Assembly (NCBI GenBank): GCA_023484805.1
Contig: JAMDAM010000009.1
Span: 3,561 to 67,560 of the forward strand
Length of the DNA stretch: 64,000 nt
Direction of reading: 5' to 3'
From: Thermoplasmatota archaeon
Lineage (GTDB): Archaea; Thermoplasmatota; Thermoplasmata; Thermoplasmatales; Thermoplasmataceae
Position numbers and translations under genes: made by a program. Below the pieces are notes generated by a model, which made no database searches, had not been told where the DNA came from, and saw only the letters and a program-made list of their open reading frames with translations. This document shows positions 9,930 through 21,626 of the stretch, piece after piece (positions within the stretch are counted from its first letter, which is position 1; each line of letters starts with the position of its first letter).

Positions 9930-10442
9930 TCATTCCTCATCGGTTTTAGAGAGGTCCCTGATCCTCCTCACGCCGTCAATTTCCTCGATTATGTCCCTGA
10001 CGGCATCAGGGACGTCACCTTTCCATGAATCGTCCCTTAGCATTTTTTCCCTGATTCTTGTACCTGACCAGTTGCTCCTGTTGATAAGTTCCAGTGAATT
10101 AACCTCATAACCCTTCTCGGTGAATAATCTCTTCACGAGCGGATTGTTGCTGTATACCCTGTTGAATTTTGGGGTAAGTGACTCAACGTGAGCGACCCAG
10201 AGAGGGTTGGAGTTGACATCCTCGATGGGAACAAGATAGAAGTCAAAAATCTTCTCCCTTTCCAGGGAGGTTGAAATCATCAGGTGCCTCTCCCCTGCGG
10301 TGAAGGGGTCTTTAAGGGTGTGTGAATACTGAGCACTTCCTATCCCTATGATCAGCGACCTGTTTGTCTTCAGTATCTCTTTTATGACTTCGAGATGCCC
10401 CTTATGAAAAGGCTGGAACCTGCCAACGATGAATGCTCGCAT
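9930..10442 (-). CDS. nadM: Nicotinamide-nucleotide adenylyltransferase
   Basis: GRFQPFHKGH, GSAQ, PFTAGER, SGTRIR. Confidence 0.93.
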   Translation of the reverse strand: MRAFIVGRFQPFHKGHLEVIKEILKTNRSLIIGIGSAQYSHTLKDPFTAGERHLMISTSLEREKIFDFYLVPIEDVNSNPLWVAHVESLTPKFNRVYSNNPLVKRLFTEKGYEVNSLELINRSNWSGTRIREKMLRDDSWKGDVPDAVRDIIEEIDGVRRIRDLSKTDEE

Positions 10443-10525
10443 TTTACACATATATGTCTTGTATAGATAAAAGTTTCAAGGAATGAAAGCAAAAATATAA
10501 ATCGGTTTATTCGTATATTATAACG

Positions 10526-10966
10526 ATGAAGGCAATCATAGCGTTCGACGATTCAGATGCAGCGAAAGAGGCGCTGAAATTTTCCATGAAATTTAAAGAT
10601 GTCATAGATGAGTTCATTATTGTCTATGTCAGTCCTTCCCTGATTGGCGTTACACCTACCTTTGACACATATATTCCCGCAAGCGTATATCAGAGGCAGG
10701 AAGAGACCTCGGACAGCATAATAGAATCAGCGAAGAGATTAGCTGGTGATACAAGCTCCAACCTGACCTTTGTGAACGTCGACTCGAAGGGTGAGACTGT
10801 TCCTAAGGCGATCATGAGAACAGCGAAGGAGCGTGGAGCTGACCTTATTATCACAGGTACCAGAAAACTCTCCGGGTTGAGCAAAGCAATACTTGGATCA
10901 GTAAGTTCTGAGATAGTTAAGTTGAGCACCATACCGGTGCTGATTACTCCTCCCGTTGAACGTTGA
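10526..10966 (+). CDS. Universal stress protein
   Basis: IIAFDDS N-terminus, ADLIITG..LGSVS...PVL. Confidence 0.92.
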   Translation: MKAIIAFDDSDAAKEALKFSMKFKDVIDEFIIVYVSPSLIGVTPTFDTYIPASVYQRQEETSDSIIESAKRLAGDTSSNLTFVNVDSKGETVPKAIMRTAKERGADLIITGTRKLSGLSKAILGSVSSEIVKLSTIPVLITPPVER

Positions 10967-11005
10967 TATCTTTTTATAGCCAATAGAAATAGGGTTGGGC
11001 TTAAT

Positions 11006-11236
11006 ATGGGAAGTATCAGATCTTCAAATGTCAAACGCGTTGCAAAGGAAATCGTAGAGAACAATAAGGATGTCTTTACAGAGGATTTTACCAGGAACAA
11101 GCAAATACTCAAAACCGCACTTACCAGTGTGTCAAAGAATAACCTTAATGAGATTGCAGGATATGCCACACGAACCGTGGTAAAAAATAGAATGAAGCTT
11201 CAGCGCGAGATTGATGAAGGTACAGTTACAGTATAA
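11006..11236 (+). CDS. rps17e: 30S ribosomal protein S17e
   Basis: MGSIR...VKR, FT.DF..NK, N.IAGY.TR. Confidence 0.93.
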   Translation: MGSIRSSNVKRVAKEIVENNKDVFTEDFTRNKQILKTALTSVSKNNLNEIAGYATRTVVKNRMKLQREIDEGTVTV

Positions 11237-11257
11237 TTTACTTCAGTTTATGATATT

Positions 11258-12346
11258 TCAGTGTCCCCAGAATCTTTTTTTGTCTGACTCATCAATCAAC
11301 TGAGTTATCAGTTCCCTCTGTTTTGAATTCAGGTGTTTTGGTACTACTACTTTTACCTGTACATAGAGATCGCCAGACCCCTTGTTGCTCATATGCGGCA
11401 TCCCCGCGTTCCTGATCCGCAGTATTTCGCCTGGCTGTGTTCCCGGTGGTATCTGAAGGGTGTGCTTATCACCATATATGTCTATACCAATCTCTGTTCC
11501 CAATGCTGCCTCTGGAAAGCTTATATCCCGGGAAACGTAAAGATCGTCCTCCTTCCTTGTTATGCCATTTTCAGGACGCACAGAAAGCACTATGTAAAGG
11601 TCGCCGACATAGCCATTCTGAGACTGCCCCTTGCCCTTGAATCTTATCCGGAGCCCATCCCTGGCTCCAGCCGGAACATTCACAGTCAGGTTTTCATTTA
11701 CCACGACAGTTCCTGATCCCTTGCATACCGGGCATGGTTCCTCAGGCACCTTTCCCCTTCCGTTACATGTTCTGCAGGTGGTGACAGAAACCATCTTGAA
11801 AAATCCCTGCCCCTGAACTACCCTCTGCTGTCCGGAACCCCCACAGGTCGGGCAGGTGACCAGCCGTCCATTCTTTGCTCCTGTCCCGTTGCAAGCTTCA
11901 CACGGAGCATTTCTCTTGTATTTTACTTCTTTCTTGGCTCCGTGGTAAGCTTCCTCCATGCTTACCGTCATCCGGAGGGCAAGGTCAAGTTCCGGTTCCT
12001 GTCTTCCGAAACCGCCAAACCCCTGGCTCGATCCAAAATTCCCCCCGAATATCCTGCTGAATATGTCCTCAAAATCATTGAAATGGCTGAAATTGTCCCA
12101 AGTAAAATTGGAAGACCCCTGACCGAAATCCGCGCTTCCGGTCTGGTCGTACATCCTCTTCTTGTTCTCATCTGAGAGGACCTCGTAGGCCTCCCCTATC
12201 TCCTTGAACTTCTCCTCGGCTTCTTTCTTGTTGTCAGGATTCATATCAGGGTGGTATTTCCTGGCCAGTGTCCTGAAAGCCTTTTTTATGTCCTCCTGGC
12301 TGGCGTTCTTATCCACACCGAGAATCTGATAATAATCCTTAGCCAT
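11258..12346 (-). CDS. dnaJ: Chaperone DnaJ
   Basis: J domain with HPD, G/F region, four CxxCxGxG repeats. Confidence 0.98.
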   Translation of the reverse strand: MAKDYYQILGVDKNASQEDIKKAFRTLARKYHPDMNPDNKKEAEEKFKEIGEAYEVLSDENKKRMYDQTGSADFGQGSSNFTWDNFSHFNDFEDIFSRIFGGNFGSSQGFGGFGRQEPELDLALRMTVSMEEAYHGAKKEVKYKRNAPCEACNGTGAKNGRLVTCPTCGGSGQQRVVQGQGFFKMVSVTTCRTCNGRGKVPEEPCPVCKGSGTVVVNENLTVNVPAGARDGLRIRFKGKGQSQNGYVGDLYIVLSVRPENGITRKEDDLYVSRDISFPEAALGTEIGIDIYGDKHTLQIPPGTQPGEILRIRNAGMPHMSNKGSGDLYVQVKVVVPKHLNSKQRELITQLIDESDKKRFWGH

Positions 12347-12363
12347 CTATGCTCACTGAAAGC

Positions 12364-14226
12364 CTACTGCTTTTTCTCGTCCTCGTCGTAGATGTTTTCC
12401 TGCTTTGGCTCTTCCTCAGATGCCTGCTGCCCCGCGTCCTGCTGTGACGTCCCTTCCTGAGACTGGTTCTCCTGCGATGCCTGTTGCTGGTATAGCTTTG
12501 ATCCAACTTCCTGAATCTTCTTTGTAAGTTTTTCAGATGTATCCTTTATTTTTTCCATATCTTTGTCGGAAATAGCTTTCTTTGTTTCGGATAGCAGTTC
12601 CTGGACCTCCTTAACCTCATTGCTGTCCAGTTTTTCCTTGTTATCGTTTATTGTCTTTTCCACTGTATAGACAAGGGTTTCGGCAGCATTTATTGCTTCT
12701 ATTTCCTCCCTCTTCTTTTTGTCCTGTTCCGCAAATTCCTCCGCCTGCTTCTTCATCTTTTCTATCTCTTCCTTCGAGAGCTTGTTTGTAGCAGAAATGG
12801 AGATGCTCTGCCTTTTCCCGGAGCCCTTATCGTGTGCGGCCACGTTAATTATCCCATTGGCATCTATGTCAAACGTGACCTCAATCTGCGGGATTCCTCT
12901 CGGAGCTGGTGGAATTCCCGTGAGATTAAACATACCGAGAGATACGTTGTCAGCCGCCATGGGCCTCTCACCCTGAACCACGTGTATGGTTACCGCTGTC
13001 TGCATGTCAGCAGCAGTCGTGAATACCTGTGACTTCTTTGCAGGAATTGTGGTATTGGCCGGTATAAGTGGCGTCACCACACCGCCAAGCGTCTCTATCC
13101 CAAGGGTCAGGGGGGTAACGTCCAGAAGCACGATATCCTTGATATCACCTGACAGCACTGCTCCCTGTAGGGCTGCACCTATTGCAACACATTCCATGGG
13201 ATCAACGCCACCCTCTTCCTTTCTTCCGAAATAATCTTCTATGAATTTTCTTACATAGGGTATTCGAGTTGGCCCGCCGACAAGTATGATCTTTGTTAGA
13301 TCGTTCTTGGTAAGTTTTGCAGATGAGATTGCGTTTTCCAGCGGTTTTTCAGCTCTCTTGACAATTGGTGCGATCAGTTCCTCAAACTTGGATCGTGAAA
13401 GTGTGTACTGGAGGTGTTTAGGGCCGGTCTGGTTGGCAGTTATGTATGGAAGGTTGATTTCTGTGGTCAGAGTGTTAGAGAGTTCAATTTTTGCCTTCTC
13501 TGCTGCATCTTTCAACCTGATGTAAGCAGACCTGTCAGTGCGCAGATCAATTCCCTCCTTCGACTTGAAGTCGTCTGCAAGGAAATTGATTATGGCTTCA
13601 TCCATGTCTGTTCCTCCCAGTTTTGTGTCTCCCGATGTTGACACTACCTCAAAAACTCCGTCCCCGAAATCCATTATAGTAACGTCAAGCGTACCGCCGC
13701 CCAGATCGAAAACCAGAATTTTTTCTGACTTGCCCTGCTTGTCAATCCCATATGCCAGTGAAGCTGCCGTGGGCTCATTTATAATTCTCTTGACATTCAG
13801 TCCGGCAATTGATCCGGCATCCTTTGTTGCCTGTCTCTGGTTATCGTCAAAGTAAGCAGGCACGGTGATAACCGCTTCACTCACTGTCTCTCCCAGGAAT
13901 GCCTCTGCATCTCGCTTTATCTTCTGCAGGATGAATGCCGAGATTTGTTGCGGCGTGTACTCCTTGCCGTATACCTTGAACTTGAAATCCGACCCCATTT
14001 TCCTCTTTGCTGCATAGACAGTTCCTTCCGGATTGAGAAGTGCCTGCCTCTTTGCGGGTTCCCCAACAAGAAGATCCCCCTCTTTCGTGAATGCAACATA
14101 GCTTGGAAATGACTTCCCTCCTATTGACACACCTTCAGCACTGGGTATGATGGTAGATTTCCCAGAAATAACCACTGCTGCGGCTGAATTGCTAGTTCCC
14201 AGATCAATACCTATTATTTTTGACAT
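12364..14226 (-). CDS. dnaK: Chaperone DnaK (Hsp70)
   Basis: [33 protein letters not shown]. Confidence 0.99.
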   Translation of the reverse strand: MSKIIGIDLGTSNSAAAVVISGKSTIIPSAEGVSIGGKSFPSYVAFTKEGDLLVGEPAKRQALLNPEGTVYAAKRKMGSDFKFKVYGKEYTPQQISAFILQKIKRDAEAFLGETVSEAVITVPAYFDDNQRQATKDAGSIAGLNVKRIINEPTAASLAYGIDKQGKSEKILVFDLGGGTLDVTIMDFGDGVFEVVSTSGDTKLGGTDMDEAIINFLADDFKSKEGIDLRTDRSAYIRLKDAAEKAKIELSNTLTTEINLPYITANQTGPKHLQYTLSRSKFEELIAPIVKRAEKPLENAISSAKLTKNDLTKIILVGGPTRIPYVRKFIEDYFGRKEEGGVDPMECVAIGAALQGAVLSGDIKDIVLLDVTPLTLGIETLGGVVTPLIPANTTIPAKKSQVFTTAADMQTAVTIHVVQGERPMAADNVSLGMFNLTGIPPAPRGIPQIEVTFDIDANGIINVAAHDKGSGKRQSISISATNKLSKEEIEKMKKQAEEFAEQDKKKREEIEAINAAETLVYTVEKTINDNKEKLDSNEVKEVQELLSETKKAISDKDMEKIKDTSEKLTKKIQEVGSKLYQQQASQENQSQEGTSQQDAGQQASEEEPKQENIYDEDEKKQ

Positions 14227-14230
14227 TTTA

Positions 14231-14812
14231 TTACCTCTTTGATACTATCACTTTTGCGTAGCGAAGGACATCGCCATTTAATTTATAGCCTTTCTGTACT
14301 TCCACAACAACCTTGCCTTCTTCTCCATCGGTGGTCGTTGCGATCACCTCATGCAAGTAAGGGTTAAAAGTTTCACCCACGGCTTTTATGGGTTCGAGCC
14401 CCGACGTAGCAAGAATGCTGAGTGCCTGGTCCCTTATTGGAATGATCCCGCGATTTCCGTCCGAGGACTGGATAGCAGAATCCATAGAGTCAAGAACCTG
14501 AAGAAAGTTCTTCATCAGCGAGCTGTTTGCGCTCTTTCTAATGGAAGCTATCTCGCGATCCTTCGCCTTCACGAGATTTTCTGCATCTGCACGCTCCCTG
14601 ATGAACAAGTCCCTGTATTTCTTTGATTCATTTTTTGCTTTTTCTAATTCTTCCTTCATCTTCCTCAACCTGGAGTCGGCAGATTTTTGCCTGATCTGCC
14701 TGCTAGATTCGATATCACTTTCCAAGGGCTGCGACAGGGATAATTCACTGGTATCCGAGACCTGCATGGGCAGGTATATTTGTTCTTCTACATAAACATA
14801 ACTATTTTCCAT
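14231..14812 (-). CDS. grpE: Nucleotide exchange factor GrpE (start uncertain)
   Basis: [28 protein letters not shown]; directly upstream of dnaK. Confidence 0.93.
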   Translation of the reverse strand: MENSYVYVEEQIYLPMQVSDTSELSLSQPLESDIESSRQIRQKSADSRLRKMKEELEKAKNESKKYRDLFIRERADAENLVKAKDREIASIRKSANSSLMKNFLQVLDSMDSAIQSSDGNRGIIPIRDQALSILATSGLEPIKAVGETFNPYLHEVIATTTDGEEGKVVVEVQKGYKLNGDVLRYAKVIVSKR

Positions 14813-14885
14813 GCACTTCAGGAAAGTACGCAGAGAACTTCCCTTGACCGAAAATTGTTTAATATTGGTGAGTTTTTCTGATCAT

Positions 14886-15530
14886 ATGGATTCCCCTGAT
14901 TCAATTTCATTCCTGAAACGTGTTTTTCATTCGCTTGAAACCCCTAAGGTCATTTCTCTTGATCTGGAAACGCTGATAGAGAATAAGAACGACTTCCTGA
15001 ACGATGAGAGAATCATCGCTGTTTCCATGAGTTACGGGTCCGACCCGATAAAGACAAAAGTTTTAGTTGCAGATGACGACTCTAAATTGTCAGAGCTGAA
15101 GATCCTCAGGAATATGGACAAATTCCTGGGGGAATACCAGCCAAATGTCATAATAGGCTACAACCACAGCGGTTATGACATACCGCTCATTCAGTCAAAG
15201 CTGCGGAAGCTATCTTATTCTGATCAGCTCTGGAACTTTAAGTATTACTCCGGAACCGCGATAGTTACTGATATGATGTATGTTATTGCAGAAGACCTGG
15301 AGGCGGTGGAAGATTACAGGATCAGGAAGCTACGGGATGTGGTTGCCCACCCAAGATATTCTGGCCTGGAACTCAGGAGGAAGAAGGAGAACGTGATCCT
15401 CGATGGAATGTCTGTAGGCCAGGCAATAAAGCATCTTTGGCTGCGGGACAGAACAAGGTTCATGGAATATTGCGAAGGGGACACGGAAGACGTCCTCAAG
15501 ATTTTTTATCACATCTTTTTTAATCTCTGA
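14886..15530 (+). CDS. Stand-alone DEDDy 3'-5' exonuclease (RNase H-like / PolB exonuclease-like)
   Basis: ExoI DLET, ExoII YN..GYDIP, ExoIII YCEGD. Confidence 0.8.
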   Translation: MDSPDSISFLKRVFHSLETPKVISLDLETLIENKNDFLNDERIIAVSMSYGSDPIKTKVLVADDDSKLSELKILRNMDKFLGEYQPNVIIGYNHSGYDIPLIQSKLRKLSYSDQLWNFKYYSGTAIVTDMMYVIAEDLEAVEDYRIRKLRDVVAHPRYSGLELRRKKENVILDGMSVGQAIKHLWLRDRTRFMEYCEGDTEDVLKIFYHIFFNL

Positions 15531-15559
15531 ACGGGCATGTTTCATTGCTGTTTGACACA

Positions 15560-16873
15560 TTATTCCAGATGATCCCCCTTTGATGTTCCTTTAATGAGGA
15601 AATCCGTACTGATGTCTCTGGTCTCAGTGCCACGGGCAAACCAGATAATTGCGGCCACAAGGCCCAGCCCCCAAAGTCCAAGATTGTAAGCCAATGTGTA
15701 CTCAAGACCAAATCCACCCGTCAGGAAAATTGAGAAAATATAAGCAACCATTGGAAATACCCGAATTAGCCCAATCATGGTGGATCGGTGTTGCGTCGCG
15801 AATAATTCCGGTTCAAGATTTGTCCTGGACGCCCATGCGAATTCGCTGAAGAACATATTTACAAACAACAGAGGCATGAATATGAGGAAGTTTTCGAGCG
15901 CCCCCGAAAGCAACAGGATGGACAGCATTGTCAAGAAACCTCCTCCGTATGCGAATAGGGTGTAATTTTTCCTGCCCTTAGCGATCAGTGGAACTGCAAC
16001 GAATCCAGCTATTGTCGCCCCGATGAGAGCTACCAGACTGATGGGGAGATAGTCGACATTGCCAAATTCAAGTGGTTCGATGATGAAAGCCATAAGGCCG
16101 AAGGTGAGGTATTGAGATATCCCCATGGCAACCAGGATGGCAAAACTGAATTTTTTGTTTGGTTCCCTGATGTGTACCTCCTGCCCCTGTATCCCCAGAT
16201 CGGCGGATATGATCCTTGCTTCTTCCCTTCTCCCCTTGATGTTTAGCCACCTGAAGGATTCTGGCATTCTGAATCTTGCGTAGACAAGGTACAATATCAC
16301 TGCAAAGGCAGAAATAAGCAGGAAAATTCTATCCTCGAAGATGCCTATTAGTGGAGAAACCATGAGAAGAGCGGCAGTGAATGCGCTGCCTGCGTTGTTA
16401 AAATTAGGAGCAAGTGTCAGGTTTCTTGACCTCTCCTTGACTGGTGTATCCTCTGCTATGAGAGAGAGTGAGGGCGCCTCCTCGCCTCCAACGCCCAAAC
16501 CTGCAAGAACGAGGCCGGCGATAAAAAGGAAATAATTGATTGAGATAGAGACTGCGATTATTCCAGCAGCATATGACATCATTGTTATAATGAAGGTCTT
16601 TTTTCGCCCTATGTGATCTGCCAGAACCCCTATGAAAACGTTTCCAAGCAGCGTTCCCAGTGGAGCAGAGACGAGAAGTATGAGTTCCTGCTGAAAGGAG
16701 ATATTTGCCAGAAAGGGCCACGAAAGCGAAGATGGTCCAAGATCTGCCACGATTCCCCATATGAAAAAACCAAACGACGTTGAAATGAAAAGGGATTGTC
16801 CAGTCACTCTATGGTAGGTTCCAGATTTACCAGGATTCAGTCTTCCTTGCCCTGGAAATTGTTCATCATTCAT
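15560..16873 (-). CDS. MFS transporter
   Basis: Motif A GVLADHIGRK, AED.P...R, PESFRWL, about 12 TM segments. Confidence 0.93.
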   Translation of the reverse strand: MNDEQFPGQGRLNPGKSGTYHRVTGQSLFISTSFGFFIWGIVADLGPSSLSWPFLANISFQQELILLVSAPLGTLLGNVFIGVLADHIGRKKTFIITMMSYAAGIIAVSISINYFLFIAGLVLAGLGVGGEEAPSLSLIAEDTPVKERSRNLTLAPNFNNAGSAFTAALLMVSPLIGIFEDRIFLLISAFAVILYLVYARFRMPESFRWLNIKGRREEARIISADLGIQGQEVHIREPNKKFSFAILVAMGISQYLTFGLMAFIIEPLEFGNVDYLPISLVALIGATIAGFVAVPLIAKGRKNYTLFAYGGGFLTMLSILLLSGALENFLIFMPLLFVNMFFSEFAWASRTNLEPELFATQHRSTMIGLIRVFPMVAYIFSIFLTGGFGLEYTLAYNLGLWGLGLVAAIIWFARGTETRDISTDFLIKGTSKGDHLE

Positions 16874-17146
16874 GTTCAGGTTCCTCCGCCGGCATTACCC
16901 GGATCAGGTTCAATGGGTCGGTTTTCCATACCCTCTCAGCCCTTTTCGAGCTCCCCAATGTGTACTGCTTTATTTCTATTTGATATAAAATGTCATTGAT
17001 ACAGCCTCATCACAATATGAGGAGATTCTGCAAAGACCTATCGTCAAAATTAGACCGGGATGTTAGGTTCTTTGAAGCGTAAGCGTATTAGAAAATATTT
17101 AATAGGATTGTTAAATCAACTCTCGTTCTTTTCTGGACGTGAAAAA

Positions 17147-17782
17147 ATGGATCAAACTTTACAAACTGGAACGACTACGGTCGGTATAACCCTGAAAGAC
17201 ACCGTTATAATGGGTACTGAGAGAAGAGTGACAATGGATCATTTCATCATGCACAAGGATGGAAAGAAACTCCATCAGATTGACACCTATGCGGGAATGA
17301 CAATTGCCGGTCTGGTTGGAGACGCCCAGGTGCTCGTAAGATACATGAAGGCAGAGCTTGAAATCTACAGGCTTCAGAGGAAATTCAACATGCCCATTGA
17401 AGCTGTTGCAACACTGCTTTCCAACATTCTTAACCAGTCAAAATACTATCCATATATGGTTCAGATACTGATTGGCGGCATAGATAAGTCACCACACATA
17501 TTCTCCGTAGATGCTGCAGGCGGGTCTGTTGAAGACGTATATGCCAGCACTGGTTCAGGTTCGCCATTTGTGTATGGTGTCCTTGAGACTGGTTACAGCA
17601 AGGACCTCAAGGTTGATGACGGAATCGATCTAGTAATAAGGGCGATATCCGCAGCAAAGCAGAGAGACTCTGCGTCCGGTGGCAAAATTGATATAGCGGT
17701 AATCGATAGCAAGAATGGTTACGTCGACCTAACAGAAGAAGAAGTAGCCGAAAGAATTAAAAAACTTAAAATCCCTCAATAA
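17147..17782 (+). CDS. psmB: Proteasome subunit beta
   Basis: Short propeptide MDQTLQTG followed by TTTVG, GSGS, RDSASGG. Confidence 0.98.
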   Translation: MDQTLQTGTTTVGITLKDTVIMGTERRVTMDHFIMHKDGKKLHQIDTYAGMTIAGLVGDAQVLVRYMKAELEIYRLQRKFNMPIEAVATLLSNILNQSKYYPYMVQILIGGIDKSPHIFSVDAAGGSVEDVYASTGSGSPFVYGVLETGYSKDLKVDDGIDLVIRAISAAKQRDSASGGKIDIAVIDSKNGYVDLTEEEVAERIKKLKIPQ

Positions 17783-17844
17783 TCATTTATTTTATCCTAC
17801 AATTCAAATTCGATTTATACTAGTTTAATGGAGAGTTAGTAGTA

Positions 17845-19767
17845 ATGTCTTTTAGAGATTACCTGTCAGAAGCGAGACAGATATTTGACAAGCTGTACCC
17901 AAACAATCAGATTACAGAGGTCGATTACGAAGGGCCAACCATAGTTGTATACACAAAGGATGAAAACCTCTTTTCAAAAAGGGAGGACCTCGCAAAACAG
18001 ATCGCCCAGGAGATGAGGAGGAGAATCGCCATCAGACCAGACCCCTCAATAATGATGCCTGAGAAGGAAGCTGAGGATCAGATAAAGAGTATCGTTCCGG
18101 AGAAAGCTGGGCTTCAGGATGTGTACTTTGAACCAGATACCGGCGAGGTGGTTCTTGAAGCAGACGAACCGTCGATAATCACGTCCAGAAATTCTGACCT
18201 TATTGTTCAGATCAAATCCGCAACTAAATGGTCACCAAGGGTCGTCAGGGCACCACCCATAAATTCCCGAACTGTAAAGGAGATGCGTGAATTCCTGCGC
18301 GATGTGAAGCAGGAAAGGAAGGAATTCCTGCACAAGCTTGGGGAGAAGCTGAATATTCCGCCAATGCCCGGTGAAACCTGGATCAGGATCACTGCCCTGG
18401 GCGGGCACAGAGAGGTTGGACGTAGCTCAACACTGGTAAGCACTAACAACTCAAAGGTGCTGGTTGACGTCGGAATGCTCAATTCCAATGACATAGACGA
18501 ACAGCCATGGGAAGGCGCCCCGTATCTCTATCTCCCTGAAGTGCAGCCATTTTCATCCATAGACGCGGTTGTGCTTACGCACGCACACCTTGATCACTCC
18601 GGACTGCTTCCCATACTCTTCAAGTATGGATATGACGGGCCGGTTTACATGACGCAACCAACCAGGGACCTTTCTGCACTCCTACAGAATGATTACATTA
18701 AGGTTGCCCATGCTGAGGGCCACAAGGCCCCATACGAATCAAAACATATAAGGGAGATGCTCAAGAGAACCGTTGTTTTGAGATACAACGAAACCACCGA
18801 CATAACACGGGACATGAGGCTCACCCTTTATAATGCGGGCCATATCCTAGGGTCATCTTCCGTTCACCTGCATATTGGAGACGGACTTTACAACATAGTT
18901 CTGAGCGGTGACGTAAAGTTCGAAAAGTCGTGGCTTTTCAACCCCGCAAACAACAAGTTTCCCAGGGTTGAGACCTTTATGACAGAATCAACCTATGCCG
19001 GGAGGGATGATTACTTTTATACCAGAACGGATGCTTCAAACACGCTGATAGATATAGTGAACCGAACCTTTGAAAGAGGGGGATCGGTAGTGATACCCGT
19101 TTTTGCTGTCGGAAGGAGCCAGGAGGTCATGCTGGTCCTTGAACAGGCAATGCGGGAGGGTATGATAAAAAATGTTCCTGTATATGTGGATGGAATGATT
19201 ATGGAGGCGACGGCAATCCATGCAGCCTATCCAGAATTCCTGAACAAGGGCCTGAGGGAGAGTATCATGATAAAGGGGGAGAACCCTTTCCTTAGCCCCA
19301 TATTCAAGAAAGTCGAGACCAGGGAGCAGAGGCAGAACATATGCGACTCCGTGGATAACCAGATAGTTCTAGCCACCTCCGGAATGATGAATGGCGGGCC
19401 TGTAATGGAGTACTTCAAGTCATGGTGCGAAAGCCCAAAACATACACTCGTATTTGTCGGGTACCAGGCTGATGGGACCCTTGGCAGAAGAATTCAAAGA
19501 GGAGCGAAGGAACTCACCCTGTCCGATGGTGGAAAGCTCTCGAAGTTCCAGATAAAGATGTCAATAGAAGTAGCAGAAGGGTTTTCAGGGCATTCGGACA
19601 AGAAACAGCTGCTGGCATACATAGCAACCATGCAGCCAAAGCCCCATAGAATCCTTGTAAATCATGGTGATGGGGAAAAATGCTACGAGTTCGCTAAACT
19701 TATTCGCAACAAGTACGGAATAGAGGGCATAGCACTGAAAAATCTCGAAACGGTAAGGGTCTACTGA
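17845..19767 (+). CDS. fttA: KH-domain beta-CASP ribonuclease aCPSF1 (transcription termination factor FttA)
   Basis: N-terminal KH domains, HAHLDH, AGHILG, FSGHSD, NHG; downstream of psmB. Confidence 0.95.
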   Translation: MSFRDYLSEARQIFDKLYPNNQITEVDYEGPTIVVYTKDENLFSKREDLAKQIAQEMRRRIAIRPDPSIMMPEKEAEDQIKSIVPEKAGLQDVYFEPDTGEVVLEADEPSIITSRNSDLIVQIKSATKWSPRVVRAPPINSRTVKEMREFLRDVKQERKEFLHKLGEKLNIPPMPGETWIRITALGGHREVGRSSTLVSTNNSKVLVDVGMLNSNDIDEQPWEGAPYLYLPEVQPFSSIDAVVLTHAHLDHSGLLPILFKYGYDGPVYMTQPTRDLSALLQNDYIKVAHAEGHKAPYESKHIREMLKRTVVLRYNETTDITRDMRLTLYNAGHILGSSSVHLHIGDGLYNIVLSGDVKFEKSWLFNPANNKFPRVETFMTESTYAGRDDYFYTRTDASNTLIDIVNRTFERGGSVVIPVFAVGRSQEVMLVLEQAMREGMIKNVPVYVDGMIMEATAIHAAYPEFLNKGLRESIMIKGENPFLSPIFKKVETREQRQNICDSVDNQIVLATSGMMNGGPVMEYFKSWCESPKHTLVFVGYQADGTLGRRIQRGAKELTLSDGGKLSKFQIKMSIEVAEGFSGHSDKKQLLAYIATMQPKPHRILVNHGDGEKCYEFAKLIRNKYGIEGIALKNLETVRVY

Positions 19768-19776
19768 CCGGTGTAC

Positions 19777-19794
19777 TGGTACAATATTGTACCA
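19777..19794. promoter_or_regulatory. Perfect 18-bp palindrome TGGTACAATATTGTACCA, candidate operator
   Basis: Exact inverted repeat about 35 nt upstream of the ATG at 19829. Confidence 0.55.
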
Positions 19795-19828
19795 ATAACC
19801 AAATATCTTGCAGCCTCGATAAACCATC

Positions 19829-21595
19829 ATGCTAAAACAGCTAACAATAGGCATAGTGATTTCCATGCTTATGCTGGGAACCGCATCCATTGCACTTGCC
19901 GATTCTAATGGAAGTGACAATGTATCCGGGAACATTTTTACATTTTCCCCGCAGTCGAATGGAAATCTGACGAATGTGGCATATGGAAATACAGTACTCG
20001 CTCTGGACGTAAACGCGACTGGATATCCTGTCTCATCATCCAGCACCGGTACAGTATCTACCAAGACGATGACTATTTTCAATGGGACGGAGTCGAAGTC
20101 GTTCCTGCTGGCAACTGCCCACAGCAATCAGCTTGCGGTTCCAAGGAACAACGTAACTATTTCGTTCAATCTTGCTGTCAATGCATCATTGACGGGAAAA
20201 AGTGTTGAAAACCTTGATCTGGGAGACAACCCGTATGGTGTCACAACAAGCAACTGGGTGGTGTACCTGCTTGACACACCGACTCTCACTGGGTACCTGA
20301 TCTCCAACGGTAATCCGATCAAAACATCAGCCACACAGCTTACATTCTTCAGCAATGACAGCAATGTTATGACTGGAGTCAATCCGCTCGTCGCCGGATT
20401 CATCTCAAGGGGAAATGCAGAGTCGTTGCTTGAGAAATATTCCCTGGAGCACCATGAGGATAAATTCACCTATAACGCAACCAGCGGCAGTGTAACAGGT
20501 AGCTTTTTGAGCTTCGTGTTCAACAGCACAAACGGAAACATTACTGATTTCACCTCTATGGTTGCGAACCAGGAAGTATTCAGCAACATAAATGTCAGTG
20601 GAAACGGAACCCTGCTGGCACAGAGCGACCTCCCGGTCTTCCACTCCTCAGTGATGACAGTCGGGGGAATGTTTGTCTATAGCAACGGATCAAAGCTGTA
20701 TTCAATTCACAATAACCCAACCCTTCAGTCAAGCTTCATGGTCTACAACGGAACTATGAACTTCATGCTTGGAAAGGGCCTCAATGCAACAAACTTCACT
20801 ACCCCGGGTAAAGATACCAATTACAACTTATCAATGATGGGTTCAAACCTCAGCTACGACGCGAACACAACCTTTGAATTTGACCATGAATTTGGAGCCG
20901 GCCACAACACGATTGCAATATCGGGAAGTGGTTTTCTGGGATTCCTGCTGGTTAACAACGCCAATGTAACAATAGACAATGGCTTGCTGACTATTTCATC
21001 TCCGCACAATTCCACTGCAAAGGTTTCATTCCTTGCTCCACCTGGACTTCAGGATCTTAACAGCACGATACAGAACCGCCTACAGTACGCCATGTCCCAC
21101 GGAAGGCTGGCGGGGCAGATATCAATAAACTTCGTTAACTCGACAATATCCAATCTGACAATGAATCTCAATGCCTCGGTCAACTTCTCCATTTCATCAG
21201 TCAATGCAGGCAAGGTCTCTTTCAACCTAGCTTCACACGATCACCAGGGAACCAACGTTGCAGTCTTCATATCGAACAGCGTACTTAAAAGCACTGGAAA
21301 TGCAACAGTATATGTCTATCTCGATGGCGCCAGGGTGAGCCTGTCCTCATACAATGGAGTCGTGAACTCCACCAGTGATGTCAGCGCTTCCTATGCAGTG
21401 ATCCAGGAGACCTCGGGTGTGCTGGTAATTGTACATATACCGCACTTCTCCAACCACACACTTGTCATCAGTTCGACAGCCATTCAGCCTTCTGGTACCT
21501 TGACATCCACTGACTATGACTACATTGCCATAGGCGGAATCGCAGCAGTAATAGCCGCAATCGGAGCAGTCGCAATCCTGAGGAGAAAAAGGTAA
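19829..21595 (+). CDS. Secreted, C-terminally anchored cell-surface (glyco)protein
   Basis: Signal peptide, N/S/T-rich with many N-x-S/T sequons, IPHFS motif, C-terminal TM helix + RRKR. Confidence 0.8.
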   Translation: MLKQLTIGIVISMLMLGTASIALADSNGSDNVSGNIFTFSPQSNGNLTNVAYGNTVLALDVNATGYPVSSSSTGTVSTKTMTIFNGTESKSFLLATAHSNQLAVPRNNVTISFNLAVNASLTGKSVENLDLGDNPYGVTTSNWVVYLLDTPTLTGYLISNGNPIKTSATQLTFFSNDSNVMTGVNPLVAGFISRGNAESLLEKYSLEHHEDKFTYNATSGSVTGSFLSFVFNSTNGNITDFTSMVANQEVFSNINVSGNGTLLAQSDLPVFHSSVMTVGGMFVYSNGSKLYSIHNNPTLQSSFMVYNGTMNFMLGKGLNATNFTTPGKDTNYNLSMMGSNLSYDANTTFEFDHEFGAGHNTIAISGSGFLGFLLVNNANVTIDNGLLTISSPHNSTAKVSFLAPPGLQDLNSTIQNRLQYAMSHGRLAGQISINFVNSTISNLTMNLNASVNFSISSVNAGKVSFNLASHDHQGTNVAVFISNSVLKSTGNATVYVYLDGARVSLSSYNGVVNSTSDVSASYAVIQETSGVLVIVHIPHFSNHTLVISSTAIQPSGTLTSTDYDYIAIGGIAAVIAAIGAVAILRRKR

Positions 21596-21626
21596 TAAAA
21601 ATAATTTAAACCATTTTCATTTTTTT

